Below are positions 24,404-35,985 of a DNA stretch of 38,769 nucleotides, in pieces. The stretch covers positions 26,890,184-26,928,952 of the forward strand of contig NC_057720.1 in the NCBI RefSeq assembly GCF_004010195.1, in the 5' to 3' direction. The translations under genes and the position numbers were made by a program. The stretch comes from Chiloscyllium plagiosum. Lineage: Eukaryota. The notes below the pieces were generated by a model. The model worked only from the letters and a program-made list of their open reading frames with translations. It was not told where the DNA came from and did no database searches. Each line of letters begins with the position of its first letter. Positions within the stretch are counted from its first letter, which is position 1.

Positions 24404-25216
24404 TCCGACTACAGACAGACAGATCCTCTGATCGAGTGGCCCATGCAGTGGCATAGCTTCCAAACTCATTGTCCGGGAACCCTGCACCACCCGATTCTAC
24501 CTCCTTCCCAAGATCCACAAGCCTGACCACCCCATCCGACCCATTGTCTCAGCCTGCTCCTGCCCCACTGAACTCATCTCCATCTATCTCGATACTGTCC
24601 TATCACTCCTAGTCCAGGAACTCCCCACATATGCTCAAGACACCACCCACGCCCTCCACCTCCACCAAGACTTCTGTTTCCCCAGCCCCCAATGCCTCAT
24701 CTTCACCATGGACATCCAATCCCTCTACACCGCCATCTGCCATGACAAGGGCCTCCAAACCCTCCGTTTCTTCCTCTCCCAACGTCCCCAACAGTACCTT
24801 TCCACTGACACTCTCATTCGTTTGGCTCAATTGGTCCTCACCCTTAACAATTTCTCCTTCAAATCCTCCCATTTCCACCAGACAGAAGGGGTAGCCATGG
24901 GCACCCGTATGGGCCCCAGCTATACCTGTATCTGTCGGCTACATAGAACAGTCCATCTTCCGTAATTACACCGGCACTACTCCCCACCACTTCCTCTGCT
25001 ACATTGATGACTGCATCAGCGCCACCTTGAGCTCCTGCGAGGAGGTTGGGCAGTTCATCAATTTCACCAACACATTCCACCCCAACCTTAAATTCACCTG
25101 GACCATTTCTGACACCTCCCTCCCCTTCCTGGACCTCTCCATCTCCATTAATGATGACTGACTTGACACCGACATTTTTTACAAACCCACCAACTCCCAC
25201 AGCTACCTGGATTACA

Positions 25217-25606
25217 NNNNNNNNNNNNNNNNNNNNNNNNNNNNNNNNNNNNNNNNNNNNNNNNNNNNNNNNNNNNNNNNNNNNNNNNNNNNNNNNNNNN
25301 NNNNNNNNNNNNNNNNNNNNNNNNNNNNNNNNNNNNNNNNNNNNNNNNNNNNNNNNNNNNNNNNNNNNNNNNNNNNNNNNNNNNNNNNNNNNNNNNNNNN
25401 NNNNNNNNNNNNNNNNNNNNNNNNNNNNNNNNNNNNNNNNNNNNNNNNNNNNNNNNNNNNNNNNNNNNNNNNNNNNNNNNNNNNNNNNNNNNNNNNNNNN
25501 NNNNNNNNNNNNNNNNNNNNNNNNNNNNNNNNNNNNNNNNNNNNNNNNNNNNNNNNNNNNNNNNNNNNNNNNNNNNNNNNNNNNNNNNNNNNNNNNNNNN
25601 NNNNNN
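25217..25606. other. Assembly gap (390 N)
   Basis: Run of N. Confidence 1.
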
Positions 25607-25644
25607 CCTCATTTATCTCTCCACCCTGGAGGCTTCCTGCCTCT

Positions 25645-25680
25645 ATTCCTGATGAAGGGCTTTTGCCCGAAATGTTGATT
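25645..25680 (+). ncRNA. Minimal hammerhead ribozyme motif (PLE pLTR)
   Basis: ATTC-CTGATGA-A-GGGC-TTTT-GCCC-GAAA-TG-TT-GATT: intact core boxes and a perfect 4-bp stem II. TGTTG is consistent with CpG decay of CGTCG. Confidence 0.7.
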
Positions 25681-25914
25681 TTCCTGCTCCTCGGATACTG
25701 CCTGACCTGCTGTGCCTTTCCAGCACCACTCTGATCTAAACTCTGGTTTCCAGCATCTGCGGTCCTCACTTTTGCCTGACCCATGCATACAGCTGACCAT
25801 GACCAAACCTCTGGATAGTGTGCAGACTGTGGCCCTGCCTGTTGGTACTCGGAGCCCCTCAGACAAACAGCATCTGGCACCCCCTCCCCAACCCCACCTT
25901 AACTGGATTGAGGC

Positions 25915-26012
25915 TTTCGCTGCTCCTTGGATGCTGCCTGAACTGCTGTGCTCTTCCAACACCACTAATGCAGAATCTGGTTTCCAGCATCTGCAGTCAT
26001 TGTTTTTACCTA
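25915..26012 (+). mobile_element. PLE pLTR 3' fragment
   Basis: Near reverse complement of 27158-27243. Confidence 0.75.
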
Positions 26013-26974
26013 CTTTCTAATATGGCCATTTGGTTGAATAAACATGTATTTGCCACACAGGTGGCTGGCACGTGGTGTGGTATTGGATTGACATCACTGT
26101 GTGACATACAGCAAGATGTCCCCATTGCTGGACAGATCCATATTGAGAAGAATAATAAGCAGCCTGGGTGTGTGCCTGTGTAAAAGAGCATGTCAATATG
26201 GCCTTTAGGCTCTTGTTGAAGTATCAATGCATTAACAGACATGGCATAGCAATACAGCACATGGATAATGTGAGTCTGCAGATAGCCACTAAGACAAAAA
26301 GAGCTACACTGAAATGTTGTCAGGTCTAATCCGTGAGCTCAATGCCTGACCTTGAATGCAGTTTCCTTGAAACAGCCTTTCAATGCTGATTATCAGTATG
26401 TCCTGAAATACAATTCTGATTCCTAAGCAGCCCGTAAGTGGATCAGAGGAGGGTCTATGGTGGTGGTGCAGGGTTGGTAAGTGTCAGGTGCTAATGTCGG
26501 TGGTTGAGGAATGCATGTGTTGGTGCCCATGGAGCATGCCCTGAGATATAGTTATGTGTTGAGCAACATTGAGGCTCTTCAAATTGAAGTTACCAGGTAC
26601 CCGCCGTAACTTCAATGTCAAGGAGTTGCACCGTCTAGCTTGGTTGACACATTTAGTAAGATAGGAAGCTGAGTTTTAATGAGGTGAGTTATGTTGTTTA
26701 GAAAGCTTTAATCCCCTTAATTGACAACTCACTGCTGCATAGCAAGAAACTCATCACAAAGAACAAAGTTACTCCTACATCTATAGAGGCCTCACCAATA
26801 TTTTGCACATTTCTGCCAGTAATCTCCCCATGGGCTACATCATTCAGGTTCCTATGAGATTCCATCCACTGAGCAGACCATGCAATTATTAATCATAGTC
26901 TAAGAAAATCTAAACAGAGCAAAAAGAAAGCTGATTTTGAAGACCGACAGTGGATCAAGGCCATGGTTAGTTAC

Positions 26975-27365
26975 TAGACACTGAGATTTTAGGTAAAAAG
27001 GGTAGGTTTAAAAGGAGTTGTGAGGGGCAAAAGGTTGTTTTAACATGGGGTAGTCAATGCCTGGAATGCGCTGTCAGTGGAGGTGTGGAAGCAGATACAA
27101 TAGCAACATTTAAAGAGGCATTTTGATAGACCTGTGAGTAGGCAGGGAATACAGGGAGGTAAAAACAATGACTGCAGATGCTGGAAACCAGATTCTGGAT
27201 CAGTGGTGCTGGAAGAGCACAGCAATTCAGGCAGCATCCGAGGACAGGCAGTATAGTATAGTGGAGGGAATACAGGGATACAGCCAGCATGGGTGCAACA
27301 GGATTTCAGTTTAGAAAGGCATTAGATGTCAGTGCAGACTAGGTGGGCTGAAACGATTGTTCTTT
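26975..27365 (+). mobile_element. CR1 3' end (interrupted)
   Basis: VVNAWNALSVEVW and ATFKEAF...DR segments, then a 3' UTR. Confidence 0.8.
27158..27264 (-). mobile_element. Very short PLE pLTR insertion with TSD
   Basis: Exact 14-bp direct repeat AGGGAATACAGGGA at 27144-27157 and 27265-27278. Confidence 0.85.
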
Positions 27366-28127
27366 ATTCTTTAACACGGAGTGCTGTCTTCTAATCACTT
27401 AAGCTGGCAATTCCCAGCACCACTTTCACAACTGTTCTTGCCCAAATTAAAAATGTTTACATTATTCAAACAGATTAAAATCCTGCAGAACCATCATTCA
27501 ATTTCAATTTATGATTTCATGAACAACTTTACATCTTACATGCGACCTTACACAAGAAAAGGTTGAAATTCTGTCTTTTTTACTTAAGTTCACATTTGAA
27601 CAATATTTGAGTACAATTGCTATTGTAAGATGTGTGCTACTCCTGCAAGCTTGAAAGTCATTGTAATCAGCTTCATTTAAACACACGGAAGGGTTTCAAG
27701 ATTACTGTGTAACTAAGTAAGAGGACGAATAGCAGGAATTCTAGATAGTCCTGCCATGTGTCCTATTCACCATGTTGTTTTTTTTTAAATTAGGCATTCC
27801 ATATATGAGTAGGCCAACACACATACTCAATCCAAGCAACCATAAAATTAAATATAATCACATGGAGCTGAAATTAATGGAGATGTAGGATCCCACTGTG
27901 AAGGCCAGTTGTGGGCAGGAGGGTGACAACACCATTGGAATAGGCAGAGGAACTGGGACCAAGCTGCAGCCAACTGATTGCTGTCTCTAATGGGATAGAA
28001 TTTCCAAGAGCAGCCAATCTGTCCCACAAAGCCACCAGCCCAATCGGCTGTTGGAAAATCAGCAGCTGCACAGTTAGCAACAGCCATTGCTGAGGCTATA
28101 TCAGTAGGATAGGGCCATGAGCCCTCA

Positions 28128-28835
28128 ATTGATTGATCCATTGTCACGTGTACGAAGTACAGTGAAAAGTTTTGTGTACGAGCAGTACAGGCAGATCATA
28201 ATAAGCAAGGATGTACAGATCAAAAAGACTTAAACAGAGGCATACAGGTTACACTGCACAGGGCATGCGTTAGGCGAGATCAATATTAGCAAGATCAGCA
28301 TTATTTGAAGTTAGAGGGTCCATTCATCGGTCTACTAATGGCTGGGAAGAAGCTGTTCCTGAACCTCCTGGTGCATGTGTTCACGTTTCTGTATCTTCTG
28401 CCCGACAGAAGCGGTTGGGGAGGAGATCATTACTGGGGTGGGAGGGATCTTTGACGATGTTGGCAGCCTTTCCGTGGCAGCGAGCCGTGTAAATGGAGTC
28501 CATGGGACGTGGTTGGCTTCTGTGGTGGTCTGAGCAGTGCACACAATCTTCTGTCATTTCTTAGGATCATGTGCAGAGCAGTTGCCATAACGGGCCGTTA
28601 TGCACCCGGACAGTAAGTTGGTGAGAGTGCATCTGTAGAAGTTGGTGAGGGTGTTTATGGATATGCCAAATTTCCTGAGCTACCTGAGGAAAAACAGGCA
28701 TTGTTCATTGTCAGTTATCGTCATTCCGAGAAACTTGATGCTCTCCACTCTCTCAACCTCAGTTCCATTGATATAGATGGTGGTGTGTCCTCCTCCATTC
28801 TTTCTGAAATCAATGATCGGTTCTTTAGTTTTGCC
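28128..28835 (-). mobile_element. Rex1/Babar-type LINE 3' end
   Basis: Minus strand RKAANIVKDPSHP...LPSGRRYR...RFRNSFFPA and FFLR*LRKFGIS..TLTNFYRCT. Confidence 0.85.
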
Positions 28836-28874
28836 AGATATGGATGATAAGGGGTGCCAACAGGGCCCATCAGG

Positions 28875-29400
28875 TAGAAGAAATAGGAGTAGGAGCAGGT
28901 CATTTGGCCATCAGGCCTGTCCCACCATTCAATAAGATCGCAGCTGGCCAACCCTAGATCTCACCTCCTCTTTCTTATCAACTCCTCACAGCCCTCAATA
29001 TTTCAAAACTTTACCTAACTCCAGTACAAATACTTTCAGCTATCCAGCCTCCACAAACTGCGATGGTCGAGAATTTCAAACGTGCACTCCCATCTGAGAG
29101 AAGGAATTCCTCTGCATCTCAGTTTTAAATGAGTAATTCCTCATTCACTAACTATGTCCCTGATATCAAGATTCCTCAATGAGCATAAACATCTTCTCAA
29201 CAGATACCTTTTTAAGCCACCTAAGTTTCAACAAGATCACCCCTTAATCTTTTATACTGTACTAAACAAAAGCCTAACCTGTTTAGTTGTTTTTGATAAG
29301 TCAACTCCTTCTCCCAGGAACCAGCCAAATGAATCTCTTTTGGATTGCCTCCAATGACAATTTATTCTTTCTTAAGATTGGGGAGCTAAACTTTAGACAG
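28875..29400 (-). mobile_element. CR1 3' end (second subfamily)
   Basis: Minus strand FKTEMQRNSFSQMG..V*NS and a 3' UTR ending GATGGCCAAATGACCTGCTCCTACTCCTATTTCTT. Confidence 0.8.
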
Positions 29401-29711
29401 CATAAACATTCCCTTTAAACAGTGTGTACTAGGAGTTTCTGAGCAGCATGGCACAAACTGACCTCCACATGCATAGGTCATGGCTGAGCAAGGTCCTTGG
29501 AGGACCACGCTGTCAGAAAGCAAATGTAGGAGGTACATTGCACAGTGCTCCAGTTGCAGCCTCACCCAAAACTCTATACATTCTGCCTGATGGTAGCGAG
29601 GAGGACTCTGCAGGGTCAACAGACCTGTTTTTGCCATTGTCTTTGCCTAAGTCAATGCCAAATGGTCTGCCACTTTCATCTCTTTGATGAGACTTCATAG
29701 CGATTGATTCA

Positions 29712-29820
29712 ACTAAGTAGCTTGCTCGGCCATTTCAGAGGGCAGTTTGGAGTCAACCACATTGCTATGCGTCTGGAGTCACATGTAGGCCAGACCAGGT
29801 AAGAATGGCAGATTTCTGTT
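29712..29820 (-). mobile_element. SINE internal fragment
   Basis: The reverse complement aligns with 32672-32750 (AATCTGCCATTCT.ACCTGG...TGTGACTCCA...AATGTGGTTGA). Confidence 0.75.
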
Positions 29821-29889
29821 TCCTGTTGTCTGTGCTTTCAACACTTCAACCAATTTCTACATAAACTCATTTTACCCACGTACTATACT

Positions 29890-30905
29890 TGTGAAACGTA
29901 AAGGTCAGAGTCAGTTTGCAATTCAATGCAGTTTTATACAAATAATACACAAAAGATACAAAAGGGGCCAATATTATCTTAAAAAAACTCCCAGGTCTTC
30001 CATAACATTGTGATTGGTAGAATTAAAGTCTTTGTCGCAATCCTTACGTAACTACGACTGGCTACAAGACTAGATAGACAGGTAGTAGCCATGCAGTTGA
30101 ACTTGGCCAGGCTCTGTATACAGCACTGATGAATTTAATAAGGGTGGTGTCAGACATGGTCATCGTCTCTCTCCAGTAGGCCGGAGCTCTGCTTCACAGG
30201 TCCAGCTTCACAGAGGGAATAGCCACCAGGTTTCCCTTCTTGTCATTCCCTGCTACAAACTTCCAAAATATTATCTGGCCCTCAACCAATTGAATTTCCA
30301 GGTCAGGATCACAGTGTACGATAGGATCCCTGATGTCATGTTTGGAAGATGCCAGTTCTACCTTTGGTATCCATCCCCCAATACGTCGAGGTCATATTGC
30401 CCTCTCCATACATGGTCAGGGCAGGAACCCAGGGTCCAGGAAGTCTGCTCATCACCAGACCAGTCTTGTTTTCCACAGCAAGTCCAGTTTGTCCTTGCTT
30501 GCCTTTTGTATCTTGTATGGATGGTTTGTGCTTGACCTTCCTGAAAGTCCCATCAGGCCTGGCTGCTCAAAGGTTGCCCATTCTGGTTTTGGGCCAAGCC
30601 ATTCAGGCCCTCAACTATCTGGTCACAGCCCAATGAGTGGTGTGCTACACAGTAGTTGCCAAAATACCAACAAAGGCAGGGCGAGGCCCTCAGTTGACAA
30701 CTGAACTGTCCCCTTTGAGTGAGAGAGCTCACTACCATCTTTCCCATCATTAGCAAAATGTACATTGTAGTGGAATCCATAAGGCACTCCACCTGATGGC
30801 TTCTAAAGTCACTTACAAGCCTGTCTGCGATCTGTCCTGTCAACAAAGTCTGACGATATTCAGCCCATCCCATTTTACAGCACAGAAGCTTGGTGGAAGG
30901 ATTGT
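29890..30905 (-). mobile_element. Possible decayed LTR retroelement (3' LTR plus integrase C-terminal remnant)
   Basis: The minus strand ends ...ATAAAA...TTTCACA like an LTR U5. The frame PGPWVPALT...TY weakly resembles a Gypsy integrase C-terminus. Confidence 0.3.
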
Positions 30906-31790
30906 ACTTTGCCAAATTTGTAGATGGAAGTCAGAGGAATGCAAACTGCTTACAGAGAGATATTTCTAGGTTAAGCGGCATAAACATTCACAAGTGGAAT
31001 ATAATGTGGAAAAATGTGAAGTTGTTCATTTTGGAAGGGAGAACAAAAGAACAGAATATTATTTAAAATGACGAAAAACTGCTACACAATGGGTTTTGGG
31101 GCTTCTTGTACACAAAACACAAAGCTAATACACAGGTGTAGCAGGTAATCAAAAAGGCTAATGGAATGTCAGAGGTTGGAGTTTAAGACTGGAGAGGTCT
31201 TACTGCATTGTACAAGGTGCTGGTGAGACCACAGCTGCATACTGAAAGCAGTTTTGGTTCCTCTTATTGAAGGAAAGATATGATTCAATTGGAGACAGTT
31301 CAAAGAAGGTTCACAAGGATGATCCCTGGTATGGACGGATGGTCTTATGATTAAACATTAAACAGGTTGGGACTCTAATCACTGACGCTTAGAAGAATGA
31401 GAGGTGATCTCATTGAAACAAACAGACTTTTAAGGGGTTTGACTGGGTAAATGCTGAGAGGATGGTTCCATTCATTGGAGAATCTAGGACCAGAGGGAAT
31501 AGTCTCAGAATTAACAGGTGCCAATTTAATGCTGAGATGAGAAATTTCTTCTCTCAGAGGGCTGATTGTTGGAAATCTTTACCACAGAGAGGTGTTGAGG
31601 CACAGCACTTGTGTACCTTTGGAGCTGAGATAGGTAGGTTCTAGATCAGTGTGGCAATCGAGGGTTACAGGGAAAGGTGAGGACTGTGGAACTGTGGATT
31701 GTGGAACGTCAGCTTAGCCGTCAACCCATTGAATGGTATAGCTGACTAGAGGGGCCGAACAGCCTCCTCCAAGTCTTATCTCAAACAGCC
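30905..31790 (+). mobile_element. CR1 LINE, RT C-terminal half to 3' end
   Basis: YNVEKCEVVHFGR, LYKVLVRPQL, VQRRFTRMIPGM, GESRTRGNSLRI, RNFFSQR. Confidence 0.88.
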
Positions 31791-32007
31791 TTAAGGTCAC
31801 AGGGCTGTGTCAGTGTTATACTCCAACCTGTCACCTCTCACCTTCATTTTCCCATTATAATGTTCAAAATTCAATTCCTTTCACCCTTCCGAATATTTTC
31901 TAACCAACCTGTTCAGAGATGTTATGACATACTTCTGGAGCAGGTGTACCTATTCAGCAAGCCCTTAAAATGTGTCTGGGCTCATCACCCACACATACTC
32001 AGTAAGT

Positions 32008-32132
32008 AGGAGCGCTTATGGCTCAATAGTAGTGTCCCCACCTCTGGGCCAGAAGTCTGACTTCACATCCTATATGAACACCACACATCCCCACGGTGGG
32101 GTATTATAAAACAAACAGATTGATTTAGAAAA
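32008..32132 (+). mobile_element. Short tRNA-derived SINE; inverted partial copy at 31895-31950
   Basis: TGGCTCAATAGTAG A-box-like head. The tail AACAGATTGATTTAGAAAA complements TTTTCTAACCAACCTGTT. A similar head lies at about 8240-8310. Confidence 0.5.
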
Positions 32133-32574
32133 GTCCTTGAGAACCGGAGCTATTTCTAGGTTTCCACTTGACTGATTTAATTAGTGACTAACTTTTACAT
32201 ATTAGAATCACATCCAAAATGGCACACCTTCAATACATTTTACCCATCTCAACCTCTTCATAATTTTAAAGATCTCAATAAGACCATTTCAGTTTTCACT
32301 TTGAGAGAATTCAGTGCCTCTAATAGTCAGTGCCACTTACTTTTTTTTCATAGAAATCAGACTAAAAGGAATCCATATAAATACCACACTAGCTCCATTG
32401 GTGCAGATTAAAAATTGAGCCTAATAAAAGAAACCAGGAGCTCATATAAGCTTCCAATGAAGCAATTGATAGAGCTTGCTGTTTGATCATTTTAAGGTCA
32501 TAACGTTGTTTAAATTCAACAAGGCAAACTCAAGGGCACCTTGGGGAGACACTAGCATTGCAGAAACTTGACAA

Positions 32575-32805
32575 GGTTAGAACAACCAGAAGCCCAGGAT
32601 AATAATCTCAATAATGGAGATGATTGATTGTCACAAAAAAAAATCTGGTTCACTAACTTCTTCTACAGAAGGCAATCTGCCATTCTGACCTGGCCTATGT
32701 GTGACTCCATGCTCACAGTAATGTGGTTGAATCTTAAAAACCCTCTGCAAAGGTCTAAATGCTGGCCTTGTCAGTGAATCCCACATCTCATGAAAGAGTA
32801 AAGAA
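32575..32805 (+). mobile_element. SINE with LINE-derived tail
   Basis: TCTGGTTCACTAA...AATCTGCC...AAATGCTGGCCTTGTCAGTGAATCCCACATCTCATGAAAGA. The tail is shared with the LINE end at 34970-35040. Confidence 0.7.
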
Positions 32806-34179
32806 AGCAGGTATGGCTCACCAAATCGAGACTTCAAAGCTGGGCCAGAGTAACCTGTAATGAGATAAGTTGGTACAGGTGTGACAAACAGAGAGCAGGG
32901 CTCTCTTGGCAGCAGCAACAATCCTGACCCCAGATGTTCATAGGAACAGAGTTGAAGTGGGATTTGTTCTGCCAAACAGGCAGGTTCTTCAGTCACCCAA
33001 TGGTGTCCGAAAGAAGGGGGAGGTGAGTAAGAAATTAACTACCATCTCTATTTCGATGCTGTTCCCACCCACTACCACAAAGCAAAAGCATTCACAATCA
33101 ACACCCATCAGTTTGTCATGCACCTGATCCCAATGCTTGGAATTATTAAAGGTTAATTCATGATTGATCTCTGTAATTGAGAGCATTTGAGTCAGGGCTT
33201 ACACAAGATAGCATTAGTGTTTATATTAAACAGATATGACCTTCTTTGTAATACCTCCCTTTCGTCTCCATTTGCGTCAGACTTAATATTTAGCTGTGAA
33301 TTTTCAGTGAAATTAAACCAAAGCAATGCTCACACAGCACCCAGGGACGAAGAAAATATTGCCTCTTTACCATAATGTATTAAACTATCCTCTGAAGAAA
33401 TTTGATTGCGTGCAAATGCGTTGAAACTGATTGAAATCTCTGCTCCAGTTTTGGCCAGCAAATACCTGGGAGCTTGTGAAAGACTGCAAATTGACCCTAT
33501 TTGACACTTCTAGTAGCCTGACACCAAGGGAGCCTTGCCAAATGATAAACCTATTGGATTCCACCTGGAGCAGACCGCTGCAGCTAATCCCTTTGCTAAG
33601 ATGATTCTGTCCAGAGGGAAAGTGCAGCATGAACAAAGGAAAGGAAACACTCCAGTGTAGTTTGATTAAACCTTGAGAAAGACCTAGCGTGAGACTAAAA
33701 AACATTATCTTTAATAAGATCAAAGAAGCCACTGAAAATCATGTACAAAGGATGCATTGTGAGAGGAAAAAGAAAAGGCACTGTGAGGATTTAAACACAG
33801 TGACGTTTATCTGTGGTGATGAGAATAGCAGGTGCTGTGAAATGATGGGGGCAACAAGGCTTCATTGTAAAAAAGGTCTGTGTGAAAAATATGGACCTTG
33901 CTTTATAAACTTTCCCAAGAGAGTGGGGCTAGACAGAGAACCACAAAACTCTCCTTCTACATTAGCAAAAATTCATTAATAAAACATTCATCTTTTCACT
34001 GAAAATCCTTAACAAAATGCATTTTATTGATCCACTCCCCAAAACATCAGCAAAGTGACCAACAAATCAAACTGCACCATCCTTGTCTAATCTACCACAT
34101 GGAGTTTCCCACTGGGGGTTAATCTAGTCAGTCAATCTCCTTTCCTATCCACATACACCACTCAACAATATTTCTTTGG

Positions 34180-34312
34180 AGGCGAAAGTGAGGACTGCAG
34201 ATGTTGGAGATTAGAGTCGAGAGTGTGTTGCTAGAAAAGCAAAGCACGTCAGGCTGCATCCAAGGAGCAGGAGAATCGATGTTTCGGGCAAAAACTCTTC
34301 ATCAGGAAATGA
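34180..34312 (-). mobile_element. PLE pLTR fragment with hammerhead core
   Basis: Homologous to 25645-25776. The minus strand reads TTC-CTGATGA-A-GAGT-TTTT-GCCC-GAAA-CA-TC-GATT (34273-34310). Confidence 0.8.
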
Positions 34313-34639
34313 TTCCAATTCCAATGACTCTGCTAGTGAATTAATCATTGTTCCTCTCTTCATTTTCCTTCAGAATGTCCACTTACTTGTGAATTCTTGC
34401 TCTCAATAACTTTATTGTAGATAATTGCATCGATGTTCTAATTTTCACCAAATTTAGTTACAGTTTGTGATACCAGCCACTGACAAAGCTTTCCTGCCTG
34501 CATATATTTTCCATTGTCCAGACTACCAAAAGGTTTATCACCAAGTTATTCCTTGGTCCCTTCTCTTCTTCATTCCCAACCTTCTCCTCTTCTGTATTAC
34601 TGAAGACATTACTGAGTATTATTGAAAAAAGGGCATTTT

Positions 34640-34910
34640 TTTTCAAAGATTTTGGCTTGCACTCATCAGAACAATTTGCAGGAATACCAAACATTTGTAA
34701 TGCATGAGAGGATAACGTTGATTGGTTGGCAAGTGAATTCTGATTGGTAAAGGTGTTGCCATGGAGACTGCATCTATTAACGCTGATTAATTCAATTCAA
34801 CAAAGTAAGTGACAGCCATTTGCTGGTTCATTTCACAGGGCAATTTGCTAGCCAAAACAACCAGCCAAGTTTGCAATTTAAACAAAGTCTTGCAGTTAAT
34901 TGTCAATCAA
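34640..34910 (-). mobile_element. Possible pLTR remnant of a further PLE-like family
   Basis: Minus strand CTGATGA-GTGCAAGCC-AAAA-TC-TT (decayed hammerhead) beside two TGATTGG boxes. Confidence 0.4.
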
Positions 34911-34969
34911 TATGATGATGTATAATACAATAAGGTTTATGTTATAGAATTAGAGACACATGCTGATAA

Positions 34970-35312
34970 TTTTTTAATTCACATGATATGGACACCACTG
35001 GCTAGATCAGCAATTTTTTCTCATCCCTAGTCTCCCTTGAGAAAGTGGCAATGAACTGCATTCTTGAACTGAAGTGCAGAGACATTCAGTGTGCTGTTAG
35101 TAATGGAGTTCTGGGATTTTGACACAGCAACAATGGAAGAATGGCACTTTAGCTCCAAGTCAGGATGTGTGACCCAGCTGGGAACTTGCAGGAAGTAATA
35201 TTTTCATGCATCTGTTGCCTTTGTGGTAGCTTGCAGATGTGGAAGGTGTTTTAGTAAGTTACTGCAGCACAGCATAAGGGCAGTACACACTGCTGCTACT
35301 GGTTGGTGCAAG
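34970..35312 (-). mobile_element. CR1/L2-group LINE 3' end, decayed
   Basis: Minus strand HILTWS*SAILPLLLCQNPRTP parallels a LINE C-terminus. The tail GGAGACTAGGGATGAG...GCTGATCTAGCCAG is shared with the SINE tails. Confidence 0.6.
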
Positions 35313-35985
35313 TGACAATAAATAAGTAAAAATACAGTGACAAGCTTTGTTAATGAGCAGTACAGGCAGATCATAGTTAGCAAGGATGTACAGAATGAAA
35401 GATTTAGACAGAGACATACAGGGAACATTGCACAGGGTGTGCACAGGGTGTGCAAGAGAGGTCAATGTTAGCAAGATCCACATTATTTGAGGCTACAGAG
35501 TCCATTCATCTGTCAAATAACAGCCAGGGAGAAGCTGTCCCTGAACCTACTGTGTTCAGGCTTCTGTATCTTCTGCCGAATGGAAGAGGTTGCAGGAGAT
35601 CATTACTGGGGTGCAAAGGATCCTTGATGATGTTTGTAGCCTTTCTGTGGCAACGAGCCATGTCAGTGGAGTCCATGGATAGAAGGTTGGCTCCCATGAT
35701 GGGCTGTGCACACCACTCTCTGTAATTTCCTACAATCCAGGGCAGAACAGTTGCTATACCAGGCCATTATGCACCTGGATAGTATGCTTTCAATGATGCA
35801 TCTGCAGAAGTTGGTGAGGGTCCTTATGGGCATGCCAAATTTTCTGAACTGTCTGATGAAGAAAAGGCATCACTGTGCCTTCTTGACTGTCGCAACTACA
35901 TGGGAAGTCCAGGATAAGTTGACAGTAATTGTCACTCCAAGGAACTTGATGTTCTCCACCCTTTTGTCACACATACAAATGATTT
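35313..35985 (-). mobile_element. Rex1/Babar-type LINE 3' end
   Basis: VENIKFLGVTITVNLSWTSHVVATVKKAQ and RKATNIIKDPLHPSNDLLQPLPFGRRYRSL. Confidence 0.88.

Larger units (their letters stand above)
24448..25776 (+). mobile_element. Penelope-like retroelement: RT region, assembly gap and 3' pLTR
   Basis: RFYLLPKIHKP..PIRPIVS, TMDIQSLYT, GVAMGTRMGPSY, YIDD, LPFLDL, YKPTNSHSYLDY, with frameshifts and a stop. The pLTR follows the gap. Possible TSD TGGCCCATGCA (24437-24447) / TGACCCATGCA (25777-25787). Confidence 0.92.
23295..26300 (-). pseudogene. PIF/Harbinger DDE transposase relic split by nested insertions
   Basis: Collinear decayed motifs on the minus strand: HAL...AA.LFFS.GSVQ..GDI.CMSHSDV (about 26190-26085), VCT-YP (about 25830-25812), WTMISPV..TSSEKNY..SVRTLSTHSSGI-RCLKETSCLLHYSPGHSKFAV (about 24090-23930), and QTQQNLISNHF (about 23335-23305). 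Confidence 0.6.

Noticed and set aside
25046..25880. Long ORFs of 154-222 aa
   Set aside because: They are artefacts of translating through the N gap.
27880..28125. GC-richer blocks with CCAAT-like motifs (also about 4200-4435, 21210-21720 and 32840-33100)
   Set aside because: Probably decayed non-autonomous DNA-transposon pieces, but I could not establish TIRs, TSDs or a reliable alignment, so they are not listed as features.
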